IMG/VR virus record: IMGVR_UViG_3300021387_000161
Span: 81,523 to 145,522 of that record
Source of the DNA: a virus
Taxonomy: Duplodnaviria; Caudoviricetes
DNA: 64,000 nucleotides
Direction: 5' to 3' (one strand)
The notes below the pieces were generated by a model, which saw only the letters and a list, made by a program, of their open reading frames with translations, was not told where the DNA came from and did not search any database. The position numbers were made by a program, and so were the translations under genes. Position 1 is the stretch's first letter. Every line of letters begins with the position of its first letter. Positions 29,510 through 38,396 of the stretch are shown piece by piece.

Positions 29510-30703
29510 CTATTCTCCTTTACGAAGTAAATACTCTCTAGATACATTTTTAAAACTAAACATCGGTTCTGTAGATTTATAATATACATAACCTTCTCTT
29601 CTACATTTAGTTAATCCTTCACAAACTTGTGAATCATAATAACCGTCTGCAGTTAATTTAAACTCTTCTAAGTCATCTGGTAATGTATACAATTCATTTT
29701 CAATAGGTACAGATTCCATAAAGTAAGAATCCCAAACCTTCTTAGCATCTCTTATATCATACATACCTTTTTCACTATCTATCATATGAAATAGATATAA
29801 ATGATTTTCTTTTAATTTATGAGGATTACCTTGAATCTTAGGCCCACAAATCTCTCCTTGCCAACATACATAATCTAAATCTGTATGCTTTTGAAGATAA
29901 TCATATAAACATTTTTCTATATTCTTTCGAATAGCCATTTCCCAATATGGATTATCTTCACCAAAAAATGTTTCTTGTTCTGGTTTTAACATTCTAACAT
30001 TTCTTGAACACACATAAAATTCAAATTTATTCTTACCTTTTCTTTCAAGAATATATGTAGCACTCGAACCATCACACTTCTGTGTTCTAATAAACGGAGT
30101 TTTATCTTCAAGAACCCATGGCATATTCTCAACTCTTTCTTGATCAGTTTTATGAATATGATCAAATTTAGTAGGAAATCTTCTATCATTATCTTTCTTT
30201 TTACCATATAAGAAAAACATGATTTTCTTACCAAAAGATCTACGCATCATCCAACGAGCCCATTTTTTCTTAAACACATCTGGTCTACGTTGTACCATAG
30301 ATTGGTATTTATCTATACCTTTTCCTTTTCGCTTATTATCATCAGCTACAGAATATTTAATTCCTAAAATATCTGTAACATCTACACCAACTTTATTAGG
30401 AACCTCAACATCAAATACATCAATTGGTAATGCTAAACCTTGTGATATAACTTTAAACTTACCAAGCTTCATAGTTTTAACTTTAAAATGCTTTGGTCGT
30501 AGAAACTCAGACCATTCCTTCTCCGGAACTTTAGAATCTATTTCGATATATACACATATATCACCCTCATGGAACTCTCCAATTTTTGCAATACATGTCC
30601 AACCTAACACGCCGATAAGTTCAATATTATCAGCACCCTCGATCGGTTTTACCCATTCAATTTTTTCTGTATGTGCTAATGCACGCTTACCATTTACTAT
30701 CAT
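29510..30703 (-). CDS. RNA ligase, DRB0094/Rnl5-like
   Basis: N-terminal PIEGADNIE...YIEIDS domain; KTDQERVEN, KCDGSS (motif I), SRN, QGEICG, REGYV, SFK. Confidence 0.85.
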   Translation of the reverse strand: MIVNGKRALAHTEKIEWVKPIEGADNIELIGVLGWTCIAKIGEFHEGDICVYIEIDSKVPEKEWSEFLRPKHFKVKTMKLGKFKVISQGLALPIDVFDVEVPNKVGVDVTDILGIKYSVADDNKRKGKGIDKYQSMVQRRPDVFKKKWARWMMRRSFGKKIMFFLYGKKKDNDRRFPTKFDHIHKTDQERVENMPWVLEDKTPFIRTQKCDGSSATYILERKGKNKFEFYVCSRNVRMLKPEQETFFGEDNPYWEMAIRKNIEKCLYDYLQKHTDLDYVCWQGEICGPKIQGNPHKLKENHLYLFHMIDSEKGMYDIRDAKKVWDSYFMESVPIENELYTLPDDLEEFKLTADGYYDSQVCEGLTKCRREGYVYYKSTEPMFSFKNVSREYLLRKGE

Positions 30704-30720
30704 AATTTACACCTTAATAA

Positions 30721-31125
30721 TTATTTATCATTCTCATCTTTTTTATGTTTTATAGTATATGTATAAGTATCTTTATTAGATTTTAATGGACTCTTTGATA
30801 TAACTTTATCAAGACAATCCTCATTTTTATTAACTGTAATACAAGTACTGCCAGTATTCAACTTACTGCCATCTATTGTTATATGATTATCCGCAGTAGA
30901 TGTAGCCGTTGTAATTGCTGAAGTAGTCAGAGGATCTGTAGCAGTACTAAACCAATTATAATAATATGGATAAGGCTTATATCTATAAGGCGTATTATAG
31001 TAATAATATCTATTACTACCATCATTAAAACCTTCATTATAAATCTCGTCTAATACTTCTTTTAATTCTGATTCAGTAAATTCTATTTTTCCATATTTAT
31101 TTTTCTTAAAAACTTTACTTTTCAT
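30721..31125 (-). CDS. Hypothetical protein
   Basis: ORF track 30721..31167; likely start MKSKVF at 31125. Confidence 0.5.
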   Translation of the reverse strand: MKSKVFKKNKYGKIEFTESELKEVLDEIYNEGFNDGSNRYYYYNTPYRYKPYPYYYNWFSTATDPLTTSAITTATSTADNHITIDGSKLNTGSTCITVNKNEDCLDKVISKSPLKSNKDTYTYTIKHKKDENDK

Positions 31126-31285
31126 TTGGTTTTTTATTCCTTTCATACAACATTTCACGTATATCATCTAATTTATCATTATAGAATTCATGCAATTTAC
31201 ATTCTCTTTTATAAGAGATGTATTCTTCTGTTACAAACCCAATCAACCATCCTCCAAAAGAACAAATAATATAATTAATGAACAT
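31115..31285 (-). CDS. Small single-TM protein (56 aa, not in ORF track)
   Basis: MFINYIICSFGGWLIGFVTEEYISYKRECKLHEFYNDKLDDIREMLYERNKKPNEK; TAATG coupling and GAGG SD. Confidence 0.55.
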   Translation of the reverse strand: MFINYIICSFGGWLIGFVTEEYISYKRECKLHEFYNDKLDDIREMLYERNKKPNEK

Positions 31286-31452
31286 TATCTTACCTCATCA
31301 TTTTTCCTCAATTGATATAACAATTCAACTGTATCATCTAATTGTTTATCATACTCCATAAGCTTTTCTGTGTATATATGATGTGAAACTGCTTCAGCTA
31401 TAATTCCACCAATACACATACCAGCTAATACACAAATAACATTAATCAACAT
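31285..31452 (-). CDS. Small single-TM protein (55 aa, not in ORF track)
   Basis: MLINVICVLAGMCIGGIIAEAVSHHIYTEKLMEYDKQLDDTVELLYQLRKNDEVR; AAGGAGG SD. Confidence 0.6.
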   Translation of the reverse strand: MLINVICVLAGMCIGGIIAEAVSHHIYTEKLMEYDKQLDDTVELLYQLRKNDEVR

Positions 31453-32362
31453 GTTTAGTACCCTCCTTATCTAATGTAAAAAATAATAACTCATATGAAT
31501 AAGGCAAAGTTTTAAATTGTTCTACTAACCATCTCCATTCTGATAATTTATGATTATGTCTTTGATGAATTATATTTAATACATTTTCATAATTCATTGT
31601 AATAGTTCTTGTCTGTAACCAAGATTCTGGCAACCATCTAATTAATTCTTTCCAATATCGTTTGTCTTTTGTTTCTAAATATGCAAGTCTTAATTCTTCA
31701 AGAAATTGTATAATAGTAGGTTCATTGTAAGAATCCATACCAGATGTCTCTACCATATCTTTAATACACATATTATATGTATACCAATTATCCCCATGAT
31801 CATCTACCCCATTAAGATAAATTAAATCAGGATTATAATCATCTATCTCAAAACAATCTAATGTGATTGGTTTAGAAGTTAATTTATGCATTGTTGAAGT
31901 TGAATTAGCTACTGTCCCAACTTTATATGTATCAAATTCTTTCCAAAAGTATAAAGGAGCTGTTAGATCAAATGATACAATTATTTGACGAAGAAATTTA
32001 CGATGTTCGCCTCCCGCTTTTATTAACTTTTGTGCTAATTCTAAATCTTTAGGTCCTAATAAAGCAATGTTTCCTAAACTTGGATCTGCTTTACTTCGAC
32101 TTAATAAACAATTATCAAATAACCAAATCGTATAATTAGACAGTAGTTTTTTATATTCCTCTGATTCTTTATCAGTAATAGGATTTTCTCTATACGTATT
32201 ATAATGATCAATCCAACTACTAGCTACTTCTTCGTAAGTTTGTGTATTATATATTTTTGATATATCAAATATACTATCACTTCTATCCCAACTTTCTTTT
32301 GGGTTACGCATACCTCTAAATGCGCATTTAAAATTATGTACTTCTAAATTTTTTATTATCAT
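31442..32362 (-). CDS. ThyX/Thy1-like protein (divergent flavin-dependent thymidylate synthase fold)
   Basis: HRKFLRQI...APLYFWKEFDTYKVG...STSTMH, LPESW, NYENV...QRHNHKLSEW; lacks canonical RHRx7S. Confidence 0.65.
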   Translation of the reverse strand: MIIKNLEVHNFKCAFRGMRNPKESWDRSDSIFDISKIYNTQTYEEVASSWIDHYNTYRENPITDKESEEYKKLLSNYTIWLFDNCLLSRSKADPSLGNIALLGPKDLELAQKLIKAGGEHRKFLRQIIVSFDLTAPLYFWKEFDTYKVGTVANSTSTMHKLTSKPITLDCFEIDDYNPDLIYLNGVDDHGDNWYTYNMCIKDMVETSGMDSYNEPTIIQFLEELRLAYLETKDKRYWKELIRWLPESWLQTRTITMNYENVLNIIHQRHNHKLSEWRWLVEQFKTLPYSYELLFFTLDKEGTKHVD

Positions 32363-32366
32363 ACAT

Positions 32367-32435
32367 TCACCTATAAGAAACGAATATTGTAATTACTAAT
32401 AGTACTGCTATAATAATGATTTCATATATAGTCAT
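32367..32435 (-). CDS. Putative 22-aa membrane micropeptide
   Basis: MTIYEIIIIAVLLVITIFVSYR with GGAGG SD; fills the intergenic gap. Confidence 0.4.
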   Translation of the reverse strand: MTIYEIIIIAVLLVITIFVSYR

Positions 32436-32437
32436 TA

Positions 32438-32887
32438 TTATTTTTCCTCCCAAATATCTATGAGATCTTCAATTTCAATTTCTTCTTCTTCACAAATATC
32501 TTCTAATGATTTAGGATTTATTTCCTCAACAACATCCCCGTTTTCATCCATATATAATGTATTACCTTGCTGTCTAGCTTCCAGAGCTCTTATTCCCATT
32601 TCAGCATAAGCATCTCTCCTGCCATTTGAATATGCCCTATGTTCATAGGCTTCTTTCTTTCTTACAGGATCATCAAAATCTTCAAGAACTTTTTCTGCAT
32701 TTTTTATAACTTCATCACAAGTTTCTTTAATATCTGCAAGTTCTTTCTTATAAGATTCTGCTACCTGCCTAGTCATATTTAAACTTTCTTGTGATCGATC
32801 ATACAATTTAACATATTTCTTATACTCAGTTTCATATGTGTTGATTCTAAAAATTTTAATAATGATCCTTTGAAATTTATTATTCAT
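32438..32887 (-). CDS. Hypothetical protein
   Basis: 149-aa ORF with AAGGAGG SD and upstream promoter. Confidence 0.65.
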   Translation of the reverse strand: MNNKFQRIIIKIFRINTYETEYKKYVKLYDRSQESLNMTRQVAESYKKELADIKETCDEVIKNAEKVLEDFDDPVRKKEAYEHRAYSNGRRDAYAEMGIRALEARQQGNTLYMDENGDVVEEINPKSLEDICEEEEIEIEDLIDIWEEK

Positions 32888-32915
32888 ATCTTATTCCTCC
32901 TTATATTATATAGTT

Positions 32916-32944
32916 ATTATATAATACTATTTTATATTTGTAAA
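32916..32944 (-). promoter_or_regulatory. Sigma-A-type promoter
   Basis: TTTACA-N17-TATAAT. Confidence 0.75.
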
Positions 32945-32953
32945 TAAACAAAA

Positions 32954-32985
32954 TTAAAAGGTCCTTAATATTAAGGACCTTTTAA
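32954..32985. terminator. Perfect 32-bp palindrome, probable terminator
   Basis: TTAAAAGGTCCTTAATATTAAGGACCTTTTAA directly after a stop codon. Confidence 0.7.
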
Positions 32986-33348
32986 CTAGGAGGAAACAAC
33001 TGGAGAAAACTTCTTATTCTCCTTCAACAAAAGCCGTTTATAATTGGCAAGTTCTCTTTTTTTAGTTGGATTATATTCTGTAGTATATCTCATCCTTCTA
33101 TACAAGTCTCGTTTTCTAAGTTTCTCTGACTCATTATAGGATTCAACACAAGCTCTTTTTACAGTATCCCAGGAAACTGAAAAATAATCTGCAATATAGC
33201 TGATACTCTTACCAGCATTATACATCTGAATCATTCTACGTCTAAGTGATTTAGTAACTTTCCTACGTCTGTCATAATTTGTACCAGCAATGTGTACTAC
33301 CTTATTAACTACAGAATCTGAGGAATTGATAATGTCTTTTCTTGTCAT
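32986..33348 (-). CDS. HTH DNA-binding protein
   Basis: MIQMYNAGKSISYIADYFSVSWDTVKR. Confidence 0.7.
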   Translation of the reverse strand: MTRKDIINSSDSVVNKVVHIAGTNYDRRRKVTKSLRRRMIQMYNAGKSISYIADYFSVSWDTVKRACVESYNESEKLRKRDLYRRMRYTTEYNPTKKRELANYKRLLLKENKKFSPVVSS

Positions 33349-33394
33349 AACTTGTCTCCTTTCAATATCTTGAACTATTATTTATTACGATATA

Positions 33395-33423
33395 ATTATA
33401 ATACACTTTATATTAAATGTAAA
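33395..33423 (-). promoter_or_regulatory. Sigma-A-type promoter
   Basis: TTTACA-N17-TATAAT. Confidence 0.75.
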
Positions 33424-33445
33424 TATTAAACTTAAATTATTTCTA

Positions 33446-33610
33446 TTAACTGTAAAATCCACCTAATATCAACAACCCAAAAACAATAACAAAACCAATT
33501 ATGGTATCTTTACAATTCCACGTACCAGTTTTAGGTTGTCCAGATTTAGACAATGCAATTATAAAAGATAATCCTAACCAAATGGTTAACAAAATTTTTC
33601 CTATAAGCAT
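33446..33610 (-). CDS. Small two-TM protein (54 aa, not in ORF track)
   Basis: MLIGKILLTIWLGLSFIIALSKSGQPKTGTWNCKDTIIGFVIVFGLLILGGFYS. Confidence 0.55.
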   Translation of the reverse strand: MLIGKILLTIWLGLSFIIALSKSGQPKTGTWNCKDTIIGFVIVFGLLILGGFYS

Positions 33611-33631
33611 ATCATTACCTACTTTCTTTAT

Positions 33632-33856
33632 TTATACCTCGTCGCTCCATTTTCCATTTCTTAAGTATACTGGAAAATCATCAGGAATTGGGCTACCACA
33701 AAATGGACAAAAGTTATACTTCTCATGTACTTCATAATCTTCCCATTGTACTTGTGCGTTTTCAACTACTTTTCCACAATTATCACATAAATAATCTACT
33801 TTATATAAGATACCACTCCATTGGTTACCATCTGTGTGTCTTAAAAACTTCTTCAT
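33632..33856 (-). CDS. Zn-ribbon protein
   Basis: CDNCG...FCPFCG. Confidence 0.65.
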   Translation of the reverse strand: MKKFLRHTDGNQWSGILYKVDYLCDNCGKVVENAQVQWEDYEVHEKYNFCPFCGSPIPDDFPVYLRNGKWSDEV

Positions 33857-33861
33857 TATAC

Positions 33862-34065
33862 TTATTCTCCATATAAAGACTTAAATTCATCATCAATCTG
33901 TTTTAAAAATATATCTTTAAGTCTAGCTTTAACTACTTCTTCTCCACACTTATCACAGCATATTCCTTCTTTTTTAATAGGCCAAGGATTATTCCCATAC
34001 CCAGTAAATTCTTTGCCACATATACAGCATACATGCTTTTTATTATTCATCGTCTTCCTCCTCAT
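33862..34065 (-). CDS. Small Zn-binding protein
   Basis: CCICGKEFTGYGNNPWP...CCDKC; start may be MNNKK. Confidence 0.65.
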   Translation of the reverse strand: MRRKTMNNKKHVCCICGKEFTGYGNNPWPIKKEGICCDKCGEEVVKARLKDIFLKQIDDEFKSLYGE

Positions 34066-34153
34066 AAGCTAATGAACAATTATCACAATTACAACAGCAC
34101 ATGCTATTCTGTTCACATTTACTTTCTGTCCATGCCCACATACTTACACTCAT
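34043..34153 (-). CDS. Cys-rich 36-aa peptide
   Basis: MSVSMWAWTESKCEQNSMCCCNCDNCSLAYEEEDDE with AAGGAGGT SD; start reassigned. Confidence 0.55.
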   Translation of the reverse strand: MSVSMWAWTESKCEQNSMCCCNCDNCSLAYEEEDDE

Positions 34154-34166
34154 TTCTATTACCTCC

Positions 34167-34370
34167 TTAATTCTCAATATAACACTCAACATCACCCATC
34201 TGCAAAGACAAAGATTTAGCATCATAAAGTTCTCCAAAGTACAAATGACTCTCAAAAAGATCTTTGTAAATACCACTAGGAACTTTAGTATATGAATCGG
34301 ATTCATCTCCTACTACAAATATAGTAGTACCACCCTTCATATTATTAAGTGTCTCCAAAGTCGCTTTCAT
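34167..34370 (-). CDS. Hypothetical protein
   Basis: 67 aa with AGGAGGT SD. Confidence 0.6.
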   Translation of the reverse strand: MKATLETLNNMKGGTTIFVVGDESDSYTKVPSGIYKDLFESHLYFGELYDAKSLSLQMGDVECYIEN

Positions 34371-34381
34371 AATATTACCTC

Positions 34382-34579
34382 CTACATAAAATTATCAATA
34401 GGATAAACCTTTCCTAAATTAAACCCTTCCTCATACCAACAATGATCCGAAATACTTGGAACATCTATAATTAAATGATCATCATAAACTTCTTTTACAG
34501 TACTTTCTTCAAAATCACCGTTGTCTAATCTACAATAAACTTTTTGATCTTTATGAAATATATGAGTTAAATTTACCAT
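34382..34579 (-). CDS. Hypothetical protein (SH3/Tudor-like beta pattern)
   Basis: 65 aa with AAGGAGG SD and upstream promoter. Confidence 0.6.
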   Translation of the reverse strand: MVNLTHIFHKDQKVYCRLDNGDFEESTVKEVYDDHLIIDVPSISDHCWYEEGFNLGKVYPIDNFM

Positions 34580-34602
34580 ATTACTTCCTCCTTACATTAT
34601 TT

Positions 34603-34631
34603 ATAATATACTAAATACATAACATTGTAAA
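34603..34631 (-). promoter_or_regulatory. Sigma-A-type promoter
   Basis: TTTACA-N17-TATTAT. Confidence 0.65.
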
Positions 34632-34633
34632 TA

Positions 34634-35170
34634 TTATTCGAAATAATAATATAATCCAGACATTTCTTCAGTAATGATAACATCTATAAAACATCCATAG
34701 TCATTTCTAACGAAGCTACCAACTACTGTTTCATACTTATTATATTTTTCTTTGTATTCTTTGTAGGAAACAGTTTTTACTTCCTTAACATTTGATATTC
34801 TACATCTCTGTAAATCACGTTTTATGTCTTGTATATCTTCTTCTGTCAAAACACCATGACTTATATTTTCAACTTTACATCTAGTAAGAACTATCTGTTC
34901 TTCTCCTTTGTAGTTTGAAATATCTTTAACACATGCCTTTATAACAACTTTATCTCCTACATCACATGGTTCAAAAGTATTATCATCTAATGAAATTCCA
35001 AGAGATACTGAAGTCTTCCATACATATACATTACGTTCTGTATCAACAAACTTATAAATATGTCTGCACCCATCATCGTAATAATGTCTAGGTTCTACAC
35101 CATAAACTATATCATCTATAAGAACTAACTCCGTTTTTATCTTATCCTTAATATCCAACATTGTTTTCAC
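34634..35170 (-). CDS. Hypothetical protein, OB-fold-like
   Basis: YKFVDTERNVYVWKTS...VGDKVVIKACVKD...YKGEEQIVLTRCK. Confidence 0.55.
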   Translation of the reverse strand: MKTMLDIKDKIKTELVLIDDIVYGVEPRHYYDDGCRHIYKFVDTERNVYVWKTSVSLGISLDDNTFEPCDVGDKVVIKACVKDISNYKGEEQIVLTRCKVENISHGVLTEEDIQDIKRDLQRCRISNVKEVKTVSYKEYKEKYNKYETVVGSFVRNDYGCFIDVIITEEMSGLYYYFE

Positions 35171-35187
35171 CTTCCTTTCCTATAATT

Positions 35188-35216
35188 ATAATAACATATC
35201 CCATTATAAATGTACA
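35188..35216 (-). promoter_or_regulatory. Sigma-A-type promoter with extended -10
   Basis: TGTACA-N17-TATTAT with TGn; near-duplicate at 57472-57500. Confidence 0.65.
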
Positions 35217-35229
35217 TACTTTTTATAAA

Positions 35230-35266
35230 AAAATAAAAAAAAACACCTACTTTTTAGTAGGTGTTT
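35230..35266 (-). terminator. Intrinsic terminator
   Basis: AAACACCTACT / AGTAGGTGTTT hairpin with a long U-run on the minus strand. Confidence 0.8.
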
Positions 35267-35286
35267 CCTATCATACTATAGATTAT

Positions 35287-36774
35287 TTATTCTGTTTCTA
35301 TTTCTTTATGTTTACAAAGTATCATTATAATAAGCTGTAAAGTTAAGAAAGCAATCATTATTAATGTCCATTGATCAACTAATACCATCGGAAGAGTCAT
35401 ATCTTCTGTGATTAAGAATACAAATCCAGTTACTATAGCTACTACAATACTAATTATTCTTCCAAGCATTCTATTCCTTATTTCTAATTCATCGCTTTCT
35501 TTTCGTTTATTGATTAAAGCAAATATTAACAAAATAATAGTAATTAAGAAAGTTAGTAATGTTGCTATTAAATTAATTAATGCCCAACTGCCTTCTTGTT
35601 GAATAATACTTCTAGGTGGGTCGTTATTTTGTACTACTTTTGTTTGTACATAATTATCTTCTGTAATAACATGATTAATAATTGATGGTGTATTATTCTT
35701 AATTATTGGTTTATCAAACAATGATAAATAAGATAGATATTCTAAATATGCTCTTTTTTCTGGATATGATAAAGCATTAAAAACTTCCAGATCTAATACA
35801 GGCATAACAGGTATATTTGCATATTCAAATGGAGTTTTTAATTCATAAAAAGATGTCCATTGATATTCATACACCATACTTATATCTTCAAATGACCAAT
35901 AATATTCATTAGTACTATTAGCATAACTAATTTGATGAGTATCACCATTTTGCCAATCAGTAACTACATCTGCCGTAGGATATTCCTGTAATATAGAAAA
36001 TGAATTACTCCATACTCCATAAGTATGATTACTATCTGTATTATAAAAGAATAAACATGATACATCATTTATAACATCTGATTTAGGTGCCATTCCATAA
36101 AAAATAATTGTATCATTAGCATCTATTTCAAAATCAATACTGTTAAATATATTAGCAGCTGGGAAATTATGTTCTAAATGAACTGGTATCATTCTACCGG
36201 ATTTATTTTCAGCTTCTATTATTGTGTATGTATCTGTAATAGTAACTTTAGGGGCATTTGTATTTCTTTGTACAGAATTATTTACTGATTCCTCATCAAC
36301 ACCTAAAGCAATGTGATAATTCTTAACTGAAGTATTATATCGCTCTACATAATCATTATAATTTTTAACAGCTTCATTATACTGATCTAATGAATCGTAT
36401 CTAGGATCAGCTAGAACTCGTTCCTCAAAAGCTTTATCCTTATCATATTGTTCTTTTTCAATATCATATTGCTTTTGTTTTTCTTCGTTGACTTTATCAA
36501 CTCTTTCTTGTTCTAATTTGTTTTGCTCGTCGATGTCTTTTACAGCAGTATTATATTCTTCATCTACCGCTTGATTGTATTCCTTTGCTTGCTCGTTATA
36601 ATCTTTTACTTCTTCGTTGTATTCTTTTATCTTGTTGTTATCTTTATAATTTTCAACTTTTGGTTTTGTTGGCTCTGTAGGAGGATTATCCAAATCTGCG
36701 TCAGCAAAACTGTAAAAAGGAACTGAAAAAATAAAGATAATTGCAAGACAAATACCTAGTATTTTTCTTCTCAT
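35287..36774 (-). CDS. Host-like secreted, membrane-anchored surface protein
   Basis: Sec signal peptide (MRRKILG...SFA-DA), Tyr-periodic coiled-coil stalk, three C-terminal TM helices. Confidence 0.7.
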   Translation of the reverse strand: MRRKILGICLAIIFIFSVPFYSFADADLDNPPTEPTKPKVENYKDNNKIKEYNEEVKDYNEQAKEYNQAVDEEYNTAVKDIDEQNKLEQERVDKVNEEKQKQYDIEKEQYDKDKAFEERVLADPRYDSLDQYNEAVKNYNDYVERYNTSVKNYHIALGVDEESVNNSVQRNTNAPKVTITDTYTIIEAENKSGRMIPVHLEHNFPAANIFNSIDFEIDANDTIIFYGMAPKSDVINDVSCLFFYNTDSNHTYGVWSNSFSILQEYPTADVVTDWQNGDTHQISYANSTNEYYWSFEDISMVYEYQWTSFYELKTPFEYANIPVMPVLDLEVFNALSYPEKRAYLEYLSYLSLFDKPIIKNNTPSIINHVITEDNYVQTKVVQNNDPPRSIIQQEGSWALINLIATLLTFLITIILLIFALINKRKESDELEIRNRMLGRIISIVVAIVTGFVFLITEDMTLPMVLVDQWTLIMIAFLTLQLIIMILCKHKEIETE

Positions 36775-36938
36775 TTTATTTTTCCTCTACTTATATTAAT
36801 CTTTTCAGTATTTTTACACGTTTGGAAAATAACTGCCCTACAATTATATTAAAAATCCTATTTGTATTCATTTATTACCATATTAATTAAGTGTTGTATC
36901 TAACAGCCATAACCTTACGTTGTAATTGAACAATATAA

Positions 36939-36948
36939 TAATTTAGCA
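36939..36948 (-). promoter_or_regulatory. Putative phage late promoter TGCTAAATTA
   Basis: Exact copy of the motif. Confidence 0.55.
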
Positions 36949-36962
36949 TATCATTTTAAATT

Positions 36963-36991
36963 ATTATATACTATTATTACAATATTGTAAA
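36963..36991 (-). promoter_or_regulatory. Sigma-A-type promoter
   Basis: TTTACA-N17-TATAAT. Confidence 0.7.
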
Positions 36992-36992
36992 T

Positions 36993-37020
36993 AAAAAAGA
37001 GTGGATTTCTCCACTCTTTT
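36993..37020 (-). terminator. Intrinsic terminator after the major capsid gene
   Basis: AAAAGAGTGGA / TCCACTCTTTT hairpin plus U-run. Confidence 0.8.
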
Positions 37021-37049
37021 AGTATGTTTAATGTAATTAACTAAATCTT

Positions 37050-38354
37050 TTATGCTACTATAGCACCTTTGATTAACAGATCTTTATTTAAGATCTTGCA
37101 ATCATACATAGTTGACCAACCTTGACTCATTCCGCCATCAGCAAATCCAAGTAACTGAGTTGGAACTACTGGCATATATGGAGCATAGATACCAGCTGCA
37201 GCCTGCATAGCACCTTGGTTAACGCCAAGAATGAAAGTTCCAGCTTCGATATTAGGAGTTACGAATACTTTCATACCAGCTATAGTTCCTGCAAAGTAAG
37301 GACCATTAATGTCTGATACTGAAGCAGCTTGGAATCCAGGAACGAACTGAAGAACTGGCATTACATTTGAAGCAACTAACATGAAGTTAGGAGTAAACTT
37401 CTTAGTTCTGTCATAAAGTGCCATCTTGTACTCTTCTAACTTAGCAGCAAATGCAGCATAGTGATCAGCTAAGTTAACGCCTACAGGAAGAGTTTTACTA
37501 AAGTTAGCTACTGCAGCTACTGGTTGTGCGGCATCAATTAACATATTACAAATTTCAGTATCGATTTCATATGATAACTGACCAACAGCTTGTTCAGCTA
37601 AACCGTCAGCTAAATCGAAACCGTAATCTGTCTTAGCTTGGAAAGCTGCCATCTGGCTGTAGAATACAGCAATTCTTCTAGCTCTAGCTTCAAGACCGAT
37701 ATTCTTTAATTCTGCCTTTAAAGTAGGAAGAGTTTCTTGAGGAATAATTACGTTGTCATACTTATAAGCAATCTTCTTAACAGTACCTGAAACTGTAGCA
37801 GTTACAGTACCATCTTCAGCTACTGAAACGGCAGTAGCTTCAAGGTCAACACCGTCAGCATCAAGTAACTTAACACTATCTTCAACTACTGGCGTAAATG
37901 CAACTTTAGTTGTTCCAGAAGTAAAAGTATCAACTGGTTCTACAACTGCTTGACCAGTGTAGTTAACATCTACATCACCAAGAGCCCAAATATTATTTGT
38001 TAAATCGCCTTCACTTGATTCACCCTTAGTAGTTCCTTTTACATACTCGATATATGCTACATTACCATACATTGAGCTCATAGGACTTACATGTACTAAA
38101 TCAAAAGCGATTAAGTTAGGAAGACCAACATTAGTTAAAGCGATACAAAATCTCTTGTAATCTCCCATTGCTGATCTTTGAGTTCCCATTGAAGAATCAA
38201 AAGCCTCATTGAGGAATTTATTAACATTGTCTAAACATTTTGCAACAGTGATTTTTCTCATGTTATCCATGGATTCACCGTTGTGTCTATTTTGATATAC
38301 AGCCTCTGCTAACTGTAATTTTTTTGAATATTTTTCTAATAATCTATTTGCCAT
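37050..38354 (-). CDS. Major capsid protein (T4 gp23-like)
   Basis: PNLIAFDLVHVSPM, EARARRI, QLSYEIDTEI, GIYAPYMP; downstream of the protease; predicted propeptide cleavage FLNE50|A. Confidence 0.92.
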   Translation of the reverse strand: MANRLLEKYSKKLQLAEAVYQNRHNGESMDNMRKITVAKCLDNVNKFLNEAFDSSMGTQRSAMGDYKRFCIALTNVGLPNLIAFDLVHVSPMSSMYGNVAYIEYVKGTTKGESSEGDLTNNIWALGDVDVNYTGQAVVEPVDTFTSGTTKVAFTPVVEDSVKLLDADGVDLEATAVSVAEDGTVTATVSGTVKKIAYKYDNVIIPQETLPTLKAELKNIGLEARARRIAVFYSQMAAFQAKTDYGFDLADGLAEQAVGQLSYEIDTEICNMLIDAAQPVAAVANFSKTLPVGVNLADHYAAFAAKLEEYKMALYDRTKKFTPNFMLVASNVMPVLQFVPGFQAASVSDINGPYFAGTIAGMKVFVTPNIEAGTFILGVNQGAMQAAAGIYAPYMPVVPTQLLGFADGGMSQGWSTMYDCKILNKDLLIKGAIVA

Positions 38355-38396
38355 AATATTTATTTCCTTTATTTAATTGTCAATATTATTGTAATT

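Noticed and set aside
36775-36938. Riboswitch or ncRNA in the surface-protein leader
   Set aside because: Only weak AT-rich hairpins; no recognisable conserved motif.
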